Source of the DNA: a virus
Lineage: Duplodnaviria; Caudoviricetes
IMG/VR virus record: IMGVR_UViG_3300037424_000280
Span: 1-28,691 of that record
DNA: 28,691 nt
Direction: 5' to 3' (one strand)
The notes beneath the pieces were generated by a model that was given only the letters and a program-made list of their open reading frames with translations, did no database searches and was not told where the DNA came from. The translations under genes were made by a program, and so were the position numbers. Shown piece by piece: positions 18,521-27,245 of the stretch (its first letter is position 1; each line of letters begins with the position of its first letter).

Positions 18521-18873
18521 AATGTTATGTTAAATGTTAAACCTTTTATATCCTCAAAAAGAACATCGTCATCACGTCTTTTTGCTCCTTCATGTGATAC
18601 TTGAATAAATTTTACAAAATGCTGGTTATCCCTCCACTCTTTATAAGGAGCTATTGCGCAAACAATAACAAAACTATTTCTAGCTTGAAGCGCACTTGCT
18701 TCATATAAAAGGTTATCACACGATTCCATTCTGTCATCTTTACTATAACCTAAATCAGACCACTTTTTTCTATATACGTCAGCATCAACTATCGGAGCAT
18801 TAAGTATCTCCGCTAAATATGTTGCTAATGTTGTTTTACCGCTACCACTAGCGCCACAAAGCCATATAATCAT
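18517..18873 (-). CDS. cysC: Compact adenylylsulfate (APS) kinase-like protein
   Basis: IIWLCGASGSGKTT P-loop, VDADVYR, DLGYSKDDR and VIVCAIAPY..WR match CysC motifs. Only 118 aa. Confidence 0.75.
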   Translation of the reverse strand: MIIWLCGASGSGKTTLATYLAEILNAPIVDADVYRKKWSDLGYSKDDRMESCDNLLYEASALQARNSFVIVCAIAPYKEWRDNQHFVKFIQVSHEGAKRRDDDVLFEDIKGLTFNITL

Positions 18874-19526
18874 TTTTTAATTCTGTTATCAATTTGCGAC
18901 ATTTTAATCTTATCCCGACTACAACCCCAATTAACCTCGTTAGCTTTTATATAGCTATTATCAAGTGATAATACCATCTGTTCTATTAATTCACCAAAAT
19001 AAAAATTAGCTATTGTATTTATCAGCATCTCATTATCTAATTCAATACAACCATTTACAAAATCTTCATCTTTAAGCATTACCTCTTTAGATAATATTTC
19101 AGAAGCTATTAATTGGCATGTAGGCTCACACTCCATATTCCGCTGTTCTGTTGAATCTTTAGGTTTACCCATCCTCATTCTATCAATAATATCAAGAGTT
19201 TCTTTAGCCTGTCTTTTTCTTTCACCTTTACTTTTTAAATTCTTTTTAGCTTCTTTGTAATCATCTTCGAACCCGAATATCTGTTGTTTAACACCATCTA
19301 AAAGAACATCTAAGAATGCTCTGCGTGCTCTCTGTATTTGCTCATTACTAAATCTCAATTTAGCTATTGTCTTTTCGATTATTTCAAGGCTCCTATCCCT
19401 TAAATAATGAGTATCTAGATAACGTATATCGTCATTTAACATCTTAGTTAAAACCTTTAACACCAATTCATCTATATTTTTAGCACGTTTTGAACGAGCT
19501 TCCTGCATAAATTTATCTTTGTCCAT
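18870..19526 (-). CDS. Hypothetical helical protein
   Basis: 218-aa ORF whose stop overlaps the cysC-like start (ATGA 18873-18870). Confidence 0.7.
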   Translation of the reverse strand: MDKDKFMQEARSKRAKNIDELVLKVLTKMLNDDIRYLDTHYLRDRSLEIIEKTIAKLRFSNEQIQRARRAFLDVLLDGVKQQIFGFEDDYKEAKKNLKSKGERKRQAKETLDIIDRMRMGKPKDSTEQRNMECEPTCQLIASEILSKEVMLKDEDFVNGCIELDNEMLINTIANFYFGELIEQMVLSLDNSYIKANEVNWGCSRDKIKMSQIDNRIKK

Positions 19527-19537
19527 TATTTGAATTG

Positions 19538-20278
19538 TTATAAATTAAGATAATCAGCCTCCATTTGGAACTCTTGTCCATTCTTTCGTTTAACAGTAAC
19601 AGTTGATTCAACTCTAAATACCTCTAATGGTACTTGACCGGAACCTATACTTCTACCAAAACCCGAACCGCCGTCTAATGTCCTTTTAGGATATTTTTGT
19701 TTATCATATTCAGGCATAGGTACAAATCCATCAACTTTCTTTAATATTCTTCTATCCTCACCAACAATTTCAACCTTTTCAATTTCTTGTATCTTAGCAA
19801 ATTCTACAGCTTCAATTTTCAAATCTTCTGTTGTTCCATCGTCATATCTAACTAAAACATTATAAATCAATAAATCATTTTTGCGTGTTTCTTCGTTGAA
19901 AGCATTATTTTTAAATGTAGTGAGTTTGATAACAAGTCCTGCCGGTGAATCAGAATCCTTTTGATATACTTTTAAAGTAGCTGTTTTGTTCTGATCTTTA
20001 GGTGGTTTGTATTCAGCCCAACCTTCTTGGAGTTTAGATGTTTCTTCTCTTAAATTAGAATTTTCACTTGATAAATGTTCTATCATCTTTTCAAGTCTGG
20101 CTATTCTATCTTCTTCGCTTGGTTTTGATATATCGTGTATCATTTCTACTTCATTAATCTCTTTTTCCGGAGCAACTTCTTTCTTTTCAAACTGTGCTTT
20201 CAATTCTGAATACCTTTCCCTCTGCGCCATATTGAGATTTTTGTACCCAATCGCTTTTAGTTCTTCAAATGATTCCAT
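19538..20278 (-). CDS. Hypothetical protein
   Basis: 246-aa ORF with an N-terminal coiled coil and a beta-rich C-terminus. Has the TAAC leader. Confidence 0.7.
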   Translation of the reverse strand: MESFEELKAIGYKNLNMAQRERYSELKAQFEKKEVAPEKEINEVEMIHDISKPSEEDRIARLEKMIEHLSSENSNLREETSKLQEGWAEYKPPKDQNKTATLKVYQKDSDSPAGLVIKLTTFKNNAFNEETRKNDLLIYNVLVRYDDGTTEDLKIEAVEFAKIQEIEKVEIVGEDRRILKKVDGFVPMPEYDKQKYPKRTLDGGSGFGRSIGSGQVPLEVFRVESTVTVKRKNGQEFQMEADYLNL

Positions 20279-20289
20279 AAATATTTAGG

Positions 20290-20919
20290 TTAAATTTTAA
20301 ATTTAGGATTAATTTGTTTTACTTTCTCAATCTCTTTAGCAAACTTAGCCTCAAAAATAGCTTTACCTTCTTGTGTCTGGGTAAATCCTTTTTCTCTGGG
20401 CTGTTCACTTTGTTGTCCTGTAACAGGACTATAGGCGTGCAAAGGATTAACTTTCTTTCGGGTTCCTTCTAAGAACTCAAAAGCTTTTTCATATCTATCA
20501 ACTAATTCTTTACTATCAGCCGGAGCGCCTAAATACGCTTCACTATTTTTTACTCTGTCCTCCAACTTTTGCCTTAAATCTTTATCATCCCCTGCTAATT
20601 GTTCAAGCGAAACCTGTTCAGCATCTCTCATTATACTTGATTGTAGTTTTTGCCGATCCTCTCTTTCTTGATTAATAAGAGCTTCCATATCAGCCACCCT
20701 ATCAGCTATTTTTTTTCGTTTACCCTTTTCAGCTTCTTTTAAGTTCTTAAAATTTTTCTCTTTATTTTTCTCTTTCTCTAATTCTTCTTCTAATTCTTTT
20801 ATCCGCTGGTCTTTTTCATCAATACCATCTACATTGTCTTCATCTTCGTTATCTCCATCTTCGTTATCTTCCTCATCTTCTTTAATATCTACATTGTCTT
20901 CATCGTCATCATAAGCCAT
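20290..20919 (-). CDS. Capsid scaffolding protein
   Basis: Very acidic N-terminus followed by a charged coiled coil. Lies between portal and MCP. Confidence 0.65.
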   Translation of the reverse strand: MAYDDDEDNVDIKEDEEDNEDGDNEDEDNVDGIDEKDQRIKELEEELEKEKNKEKNFKNLKEAEKGKRKKIADRVADMEALINQEREDRQKLQSSIMRDAEQVSLEQLAGDDKDLRQKLEDRVKNSEAYLGAPADSKELVDRYEKAFEFLEGTRKKVNPLHAYSPVTGQQSEQPREKGFTQTQEGKAIFEAKFAKEIEKVKQINPKFKI

Positions 20920-20937
20920 AGTGTTTTGGGTTAAAAA

Positions 20938-21294
20938 TTATAAAGGATTGTTAGGATCAAAATCTTCCGATTTAGTTTCTTTTTGGGCATAACCTTTAAT
21001 CACATCTTCAACTTTCAATACTACATTTATATTATTATGCAATATATCTCTAGTCTTTTCATCTTGCCCTAAACTAAAAAGAGCTTCTGAATATGATTTC
21101 AGAATCTCTGTAAATATATTATCGCTAGCACCACTATTTACAAATTCAAAACTATTTAAGTTCCTTTCCTTAACTTCTACATCTGTAAGTTCTTTAGTAA
21201 AACCACGCTGTAAACCATTAAGATATAATGTATCTAATTGTACTCGGCAATACTTATTGTAAAGCCAACTTATTAATCGTTTCATATTATTCAC
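20938..21294 (-). CDS. Small post-portal protein
   Basis: 118 aa from GTG 21294, or from ATG 21285. Occupies the slot between portal and scaffold. Confidence 0.65.
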   Translation of the reverse strand: MNNMKRLISWLYNKYCRVQLDTLYLNGLQRGFTKELTDVEVKERNLNSFEFVNSGASDNIFTEILKSYSEALFSLGQDEKTRDILHNNINVVLKVEDVIKGYAQKETKSEDFDPNNPL

Positions 21295-21320
21295 GCCAAT
21301 TCACGCATTAGCGAAGCGAG

Positions 21321-23315
21321 TTATCCGTTTAAAACTGAATTAAGTGAAGGTTTCTGTGCTCCCTGTTGAGCCATCTGCGCAGGTATTTGCCCTTGTGGTT
21401 GTTCAGCTTGTGTTGGCATTCCTATCGGTTGAGCTGCTTGTTGTTGTTGCCAAACCTGATCAGGATCTTCATCATTCACTTGTGCAAATCTATCTGCTAA
21501 GTAATCCATGTTTGGCATTTTACCTGCCGGCATAAACAAAGTAAACACTTTCTGTAAAAATTCTTCATACATAGCCGCTTTTAAATCATCAGTATTCTTT
21601 TCTGTCGGAGTGATTGTTACCTGCCATGAGTATTTTAAGTTCTTTAACATCTTAGGATTTATATAAACTTTCCTAATTGGCTTACCTTTAACCTTCGAAA
21701 GTACATCTTCTTCAGCTTTTACGATTGACGGAGGAGGAACATCTTCAGTCAAATCAATTATCTTCTCACCTTCACGCCCATTTTCTATCGTATCCGATAC
21801 AGAAATAGTCCTGTAAACATCTGTCATTTTCTTAACCCCATCTCTGGTAGTCATTACTTTACTATCTATTGCATCAGTCCAATGGCTTAAAATATTGTAT
21901 ATTCTCAACCAAGCCATTCGCTGTTCAAGATTAATAACCCCTAACATAACACCGCCTAACTTAGTCATTGATTGTTCTTTTTGCATGATTAATTGACGTG
22001 CTGTAGCTTGTTTACCGGGCGTTTGCCCTTCCATTACAGGAGTGATTGACTTATTATCTATAACCTCTTTAACAAATTGTGTCATATTAAATTCCGCTAC
22101 CGTTACTCCATTGTTAGTACCGATCTCTTGTAATTTATCTGCATCTATATTCTTAAATATCTTACCCGGTAAATAAATACTAGGACCTACATTGTAATTA
22201 CCCTTATTAGCTATTGGTGGTTTATATGATTTTCTGGTTTTAATAATCATCATCTTAAAAAACTCATCTAACATAGCCTGATCCATTCTGGTCTTAGCTC
22301 CAATCCCTCTTGAAAAGAAAAAGTTAGCACCAATCATCTCACCATCTCCTTTAGAAATAGGATATTCACATACACCATTTAATGCACTCATTGGAAATCC
22401 TACAGGTAACATAAGCACGCCATTCAACATTATCTGATATTCGTTAGTCCATTTATTGTAATACACAATCCATTCAATTAAATCTGTTTCTGTTTCTATC
22501 ATCTGGAAATCATCATAAGCTACAGTCGAAACTAATTCATTGGTTAATGTCCCGGTCTGTAACTGTTTAGGAACATATTTAAAACGCTCCCAAGAACCAA
22601 ACATAGCTTTTGTTTGTGAATAAGTTAAGACTTTTCTAGTGATAAAATAAGGCTGTAACTCCATAAAAGGCTGTCTTATGTTTCCGGGAAATACCTCAAG
22701 CCCTGTTAATATACTTGAATTACAAAATGAATATAATTTACCTAATTTCTCTTTCCACTTAATCTTATCTAATTGCACTTCTTCGCTCCAATCCATCTTT
22801 TCTAATTCCTTTTCAGGTATAGAAAATTCATCCCAACTCTCAATTACAAACACATTCCCCTGATTTATAAGTTCACCATAAACCATTGGTCTTTTAACTT
22901 CATATCTGGGCAATTCAAGTTCTCTACTCTTTCTAACTAACTTTTCTACAGCATTTCCAAGCTCACGATTTTCGTTATTATCTTCATCATAAGCCATTAT
23001 ATCACATTCAAGATTGAAACTTAAAAGAGTTGAAACAATAGTATTGCCCTTCTCTCTAGTAGTACCCGTTACAACCTGAACATCTTCTTCATTTTCTTTA
23101 GGCTTAATATAAGCCTGTGCGTTCTTTTTAGCTTTGTAGTACCACGATTCATAATCCATATCATCAAGATCAATATACTTCTGCCGTTTCTGGTCAGCTG
23201 CATGCCTCGCTTCTTCTATAATTACACTCCTTTGATTTAATTCTATATCAGAATATTCAACCTGGGGAGTTTGTTTATCTTCTACTTCACTAGCAATCGT
23301 AGTGTTTTTAGCCAT
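21321..23315 (-). CDS. Portal protein (P22-like)
   Basis: 664 aa directly after TerL, with MEGQTPGKQATARQLI motif and a Q/P-rich C-terminal tail. Confidence 0.8.
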   Translation of the reverse strand: MAKNTTIASEVEDKQTPQVEYSDIELNQRSVIIEEARHAADQKRQKYIDLDDMDYESWYYKAKKNAQAYIKPKENEEDVQVVTGTTREKGNTIVSTLLSFNLECDIMAYDEDNNENRELGNAVEKLVRKSRELELPRYEVKRPMVYGELINQGNVFVIESWDEFSIPEKELEKMDWSEEVQLDKIKWKEKLGKLYSFCNSSILTGLEVFPGNIRQPFMELQPYFITRKVLTYSQTKAMFGSWERFKYVPKQLQTGTLTNELVSTVAYDDFQMIETETDLIEWIVYYNKWTNEYQIMLNGVLMLPVGFPMSALNGVCEYPISKGDGEMIGANFFFSRGIGAKTRMDQAMLDEFFKMMIIKTRKSYKPPIANKGNYNVGPSIYLPGKIFKNIDADKLQEIGTNNGVTVAEFNMTQFVKEVIDNKSITPVMEGQTPGKQATARQLIMQKEQSMTKLGGVMLGVINLEQRMAWLRIYNILSHWTDAIDSKVMTTRDGVKKMTDVYRTISVSDTIENGREGEKIIDLTEDVPPPSIVKAEEDVLSKVKGKPIRKVYINPKMLKNLKYSWQVTITPTEKNTDDLKAAMYEEFLQKVFTLFMPAGKMPNMDYLADRFAQVNDEDPDQVWQQQQAAQPIGMPTQAEQPQGQIPAQMAQQGAQKPSLNSVLNG

Positions 23316-23327
23316 AAATTTTATTTA

Positions 23328-25946
23328 TTACAAGGGGTCATTGGGATCAAAATTTGTTTCCTCTGTTATCACCACACGAGAATCACGTACTTCTGTTCTC
23401 ATCTGCCACACTATCGCCAATGCTATCAATAAATCCCAATGTTTAGTTTGTTCAGGATCAAATCTAATTTGACTTAAATCCTCTTTATCGTACGTCCTTA
23501 ATTCCCTTAAAAGAACTTCAGAATGTATCACTATCTGCCTCTCATTGATTGCATCATTCAATTCAAATAACATTTTAGGCTTACTAGCACCGGTTGTCAA
23601 CCAACCTAATTTCTTAGTGTCTTGATCTAAAACCTTGTCCTTTCTAATCTCCGTATAAATGTTATCGTATATATGCTTTAAGGTTGCTATCGTGGTATGC
23701 CCATGATTATTTCTTTCAGGAGCTATAATGCAAAAACCAAATTTGTCGCCCCAATTTCTAAGTTCGTGAGCGAAGATATCAGGTGGAATAGTATTAGATT
23801 TAAACTCTGCCACCTGTTCCATAGTTGTAAAGTCGAAGATAATAGCTGTCGAACTATCTTGTCCTACGCCTTCAGCTACATCAGCTCCAATCCCGTATTT
23901 ATGTGAAGCTTTAAAGCTTTTAAACAAAGTCCAATCTCCTATTTTTTTACCTTTTTCGATAAATTGTTTTTGCCACTCAAGAGCTGTTTGATTAAACAGT
24001 TTAGTACCGGAAGTTTCAAACGCTTCTTCCGGTGTGGTGGGGTATTCACGTTTCATATTATCTTTTTGCGTATTCTTCTCTATCAAATACCATTTAATCT
24101 GGCTATCAGTTAAATTATGCAACTTCTGATATTCTTTAATATCTTCAGGTATTTCAATATCAGCTTCAAGTTTATATTCTTCTTGTGAAGTCCAAGAATA
24201 AAAGAAGGCTTTAAAATCTTTATTAACTCTAGGTATTCCACGCTCCCACGCCTCCCAAAACATATCATTAAAATAACCCCAATCACCTTCAGCTGTGGAT
24301 TCTATATCAATCCTACCCCCTTCAGGTACAGAGGGCAGCGCACCGGTTATTATTTCATCTGCTTTTAGTGGATATTTTTTACATATCTTCCCGAACTCTG
24401 AATTATGAACCACTCCTGAAGTCGTAGTGTAACAGTGAGGGGGGCTATCTAAGGATATATCATATACAAATTCTGGATTCTTACATTCTTCGATTGATTT
24501 AATTCTACTCCAATAATATTTCTTCCCTCTCCTCCAAAACTTACGACCACAAAGACACAGCCCCATCTTTAATTTAATTTTTGAAAGACCGCTAGTATAG
24601 GTTGGTAAATCTAATCCAAAATACTTTCTAAACTTCCAATTACCAGCTCCATTTAATTTTATAGTCCATGTGGCTTGACAATTCCTACCATAATAAATGC
24701 CTGCTTTACGGTAATATATAGTTGGATATCCTAATCTTAACGAAATCATCAACAGTTTTATTTGATATATTATTTGACTTCTAACAGAAACAGCCGATAT
24801 CTCTCTTGTGTTAGTGAAACATCCATCACCATCAAAGTATCCAAACACTACGCCGTCCAAAACTTGCCTTTTATAATTCCATATTAAATCAGATAAATAC
24901 TTATTTTTACCACAGCCACAATGCCTTTTAACAAACTCGCACAGCTTTTTGCTATTTATAGTTATGATTGTAGTCCTGCTAGCTTTGGAATCATAAACCC
25001 TAAAAGAATTATAATATTTCTTAAACTTTTCTACCAACCTTACAACTTTTGCTGTTTCTGATCTATTAATAGACAATGTTAATTCAGAATTTCTTATAGT
25101 ACCCTCTGCTAAATAAAATCCTAACAAGTACCCCACCGAATAATCGTCTACATCTAATCCTTGACTTCTTCCGCTCCAATTTCGACTAGGGTAAGCTAAG
25201 TAATCACCACTCTTTAAGTCTTTTGCTTGCTTCCAAATGGGCTTACCAGACTTGTGTGTTCTTGCTAAGACACTATGATTGCCTGTTAATTTCAATGAGG
25301 CATAGTCGCCAAATACTTTTAACTCTAACATTTTTTCGCCTATTTCTTTGAACCTATTCTTTATTACTTTCTCTACCTTACTGAAACTACCATTGCCATT
25401 TAACACCTCCTCGCCATTCTTTATATCTTTTATTCTTTTCATACCGCCATTCTTTAACATAATCCTCGTATTCCCATCTAAGCAAACATGTAGTCTATGT
25501 ACTGTATCCGCACGGGTAGAAAGAGCAACCGAAATAGAGCTACCGTTATTAAATGAAAGTTCATTAGCGGAATCCACATTGACCAAATAACCTAAAGCTT
25601 CTTTTACCTCTTTAGGAAAATTATCCCAAGCTGTTTTTATTTTCTTAAATATTTTTTTAACAGCTTTTTCTTCATGGGCAATTATAACCATGTTAAAATT
25701 TCTATTAAAAAGAACGTCATCTAAGCCATCAATACAGGCATTTGTTGTAAACCCTAATTGGCGTGCTTTAAGTAAAATATTTCTGTACCAACACTCCTGA
25801 TTAAATTCTAACTGAACAGGGTTAGGCTTGTATTGAATTAAGTTTGCATTTTTATCAACAATTTTATAAAGATGTTCTAATCTCCATTGTTTATTGCCTA
25901 ATTCTTTTTTAACCTGTGGCGTGATCGCTTCAAGACTTAAGGGCAT
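23328..25946 (-). CDS. terL: Terminase large subunit (intein-containing)
   Basis: Walker A LKARQLGFTT. Walker B VHRLHV/SEFG is rejoined after splicing. Also IESTAEG, and nuclease-domain motifs GIGADVAEG, PERNNHG, HWDLLIA. Exteins total 511 aa. Confidence 0.95.
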   Translation of the reverse strand: MPLSLEAITPQVKKELGNKQWRLEHLYKIVDKNANLIQYKPNPVQLEFNQECWYRNILLKARQLGFTTNACIDGLDDVLFNRNFNMVIIAHEEKAVKKIFKKIKTAWDNFPKEVKEALGYLVNVDSANELSFNNGSSISVALSTRADTVHRLHVCLDGNTRIMLKNGGMKRIKDIKNGEEVLNGNGSFSKVEKVIKNRFKEIGEKMLELKVFGDYASLKLTGNHSVLARTHKSGKPIWKQAKDLKSGDYLAYPSRNWSGRSQGLDVDDYSVGYLLGFYLAEGTIRNSELTLSINRSETAKVVRLVEKFKKYYNSFRVYDSKASRTTIITINSKKLCEFVKRHCGCGKNKYLSDLIWNYKRQVLDGVVFGYFDGDGCFTNTREISAVSVRSQIIYQIKLLMISLRLGYPTIYYRKAGIYYGRNCQATWTIKLNGAGNWKFRKYFGLDLPTYTSGLSKIKLKMGLCLCGRKFWRRGKKYYWSRIKSIEECKNPEFVYDISLDSPPHCYTTTSGVVHNSEFGKICKKYPLKADEIITGALPSVPEGGRIDIESTAEGDWGYFNDMFWEAWERGIPRVNKDFKAFFYSWTSQEEYKLEADIEIPEDIKEYQKLHNLTDSQIKWYLIEKNTQKDNMKREYPTTPEEAFETSGTKLFNQTALEWQKQFIEKGKKIGDWTLFKSFKASHKYGIGADVAEGVGQDSSTAIIFDFTTMEQVAEFKSNTIPPDIFAHELRNWGDKFGFCIIAPERNNHGHTTIATLKHIYDNIYTEIRKDKVLDQDTKKLGWLTTGASKPKMLFELNDAINERQIVIHSEVLLRELRTYDKEDLSQIRFDPEQTKHWDLLIALAIVWQMRTEVRDSRVVITEETNFDPNDPL
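24402..25484 (-). mobile_element. Intein with LAGLIDADG homing endonuclease (361 aa, TerL residues 155-515)
   Basis: Starts CLDGNT, block B LKLTGNHSVL, LAGLIDADG motifs LLGFYLAEG and VFGYFDGDG, block F VYDISL, ends VVHN followed by Ser+1. Confidence 0.95.
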
Positions 25947-26325
25947 CTAGTATTTCGTTTAAATTTGTGAGTTTAACTTTCTTCTCGATCCTGCTTTTCA
26001 AAATATTATATTCTTTTATTGCTTGTATTTTCGCTTTAAAGTCTGCATCTTGTTGAATTAATTTACCTAATTGTTTATCAACAAAGCTATCATTCATCCC
26101 TCCTAATTCAATTAATTTATCTATCCTCTTTAATATCTTAGGGGTTTCTAACAAGCGAAAAGCCTGTACACTGGCCACTTTATAGCTGCCTTTCTTGTTT
26201 CTATCTAAACCAAACGCTTCAATATAACTTTGAACGCCATTACAAAAGAACTCTTTATCAGTAGCATAAAATTGACAAAACCTTTCTTGTTTTTCAGTTA
26301 ATCCTTTATCAGTAATTCTCCCCAC
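25930..26325 (-). CDS. terS: Terminase small subunit
   Basis: LTEKQERFCQFY...NGVQSYIEAFG...A.RLL..PKI..RI HTH-type TerS pattern. Overlaps the terL start. Confidence 0.85.
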   Translation of the reverse strand: MGRITDKGLTEKQERFCQFYATDKEFFCNGVQSYIEAFGLDRNKKGSYKVASVQAFRLLETPKILKRIDKLIELGGMNDSFVDKQLGKLIQQDADFKAKIQAIKEYNILKSRIEKKVKLTNLNEILDALKS

Positions 26326-26545
26326 TTAAAAACTTGTTAATATTTTTTTGAATTTTCCTATTCATTAAATAAACGCCCCTGTTATCTATCATAATTTCTT
26401 CGCCCATCTGCTCACAAATATCCTTCACCACATCTTCAAACACCTGCTTATCCCACCGAATCATATACCCACTAGCTGTAGTATCGCTCCTCTCAAACGA
26501 GAATTTTTTATATGTCTTTTTAATTACATCTTTAAGGGTTCTCAT
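26309..26545 (-). CDS. Hypothetical protein
   Basis: 78-aa ORF tiled in the operon, overlapping terS. Confidence 0.6.
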   Translation of the reverse strand: MRTLKDVIKKTYKKFSFERSDTTASGYMIRWDKQVFEDVVKDICEQMGEEIMIDNRGVYLMNRKIQKNINKFLSGENY

Positions 26546-26555
26546 AAGTATTTTA

Positions 26556-26801
26556 TTAACGCCCTCTGTTTTTAGATTTACTCATCACCCGTAAATTAGA
26601 CCTACTATTACCACCACCTTGCCTAAGTGGTCTTTTATGGTCTATATCTTTACCACGTACGGCGCTTACACCTAAAGCTTCAGTCATTATTCTGCGAGCC
26701 TGATTCCTTTTACTACGTTTTGCCTGTTCCGTTGGGTTATTAAATTTTTCCTTATTCTTATGATAATAATCGCCCATATACCCTTTTTTATTAGTTGGCA
26801 T
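26556..26801 (-). CDS. Small HNH endonuclease
   Basis: GKDIDHKRPLRQGGGNSRSNLRVMSKSKNR. Lies two genes upstream of terS. Confidence 0.85.
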   Translation of the reverse strand: MPTNKKGYMGDYYHKNKEKFNNPTEQAKRSKRNQARRIMTEALGVSAVRGKDIDHKRPLRQGGGNSRSNLRVMSKSKNRGR

Positions 26802-27009
26802 TATTTAAGTTGTTAAAAGACTGTTCGTACGCTTGAGCGTTTTTCAAATCTAAAATTGCTTCGGGCTGTAGTTCAAATGAAGAATTTTTCTTTTCGTTTA
26901 ATTTCTGAAAGAATTCATCAATCATCCCATGACACGCAAAAAAATCTCCGACAGTTATTTTCCCTACGGATTCAACTAAACCAGTATCGGTATTAATTTG
27001 AAGTATCAT
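26791..27009 (-). CDS. Hypothetical protein, first gene of the leftward operon
   Basis: 72-aa ORF with a TTAAC leader, downstream of a consensus promoter. Confidence 0.6.
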   Translation of the reverse strand: MILQINTDTGLVESVGKITVGDFFACHGMIDEFFQKLNEKKNSSFELQPEAILDLKNAQAYEQSFNNLNNAN

Positions 27010-27051
27010 AAAGAAAAGTTAATACATACTAACACACGTCAATACATTTTA

Positions 27052-27080
27052 ATTCTAAGGGGAAAGTTTAAATAAGTCAA
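27052..27080 (-). promoter_or_regulatory. Sigma70-type promoter for the leftward packaging/morphogenesis operon
   Basis: TTGACT (27080-27075), 17-nt spacer, TAGAAT (27057-27052). Confidence 0.8.
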
Positions 27081-27091
27081 GTAGATTTATA

Positions 27092-27120
27092 TTGACTTTG
27101 GAACAGAAATAGATTAACAC
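27092..27120 (+). promoter_or_regulatory. Possible rightward promoter for the replication genes
   Basis: TTGACT at 27092-27097, back-to-back with the leftward -35. The -10 at 17 nt is a weak TAACAC. Confidence 0.35.
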
Positions 27121-27137
27121 GGGGGTACAAAAATAAT

Positions 27138-27245
27138 TTTAACTCGCTAGTAAATGCAAATACATTTATATCCGTCAACTATCCCTTCAAAGGTCTAGCG
27201 AGTTTTGTTGGTAGTTGACGGATATAAGTATATTTAACTCGCTAG
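27138..27245 (+). ncRNA. Candidate antisense/pseudoknot regulatory RNA in the rep leader
   Basis: Perfect 16-bp stem 27166-27181/27212-27227. Loop CTAGCGAGTT (27195-27204) is complementary to the direct repeats TTTAACTCGCTAG at 27138-27150 and 27233-27245. Confidence 0.7.

Noticed and set aside
18517-18873. cysC as an auxiliary gene for host sulfur assimilation
   Set aside because: No PAPS reductase or cysteine synthesis genes are nearby. Coupling to a sulfotransferase points to sulfation instead, though a metabolic role is not strictly excluded.
3636-25590. Short plus-strand ORFs in the track (e.g. 4000-4296, 6299-6574, 12168-12497, 20007-20288, 25348-25590)
   Set aside because: They lie antisense to long, motif-bearing minus-strand genes and have no recognisable motifs, so they are treated as shadow ORFs.
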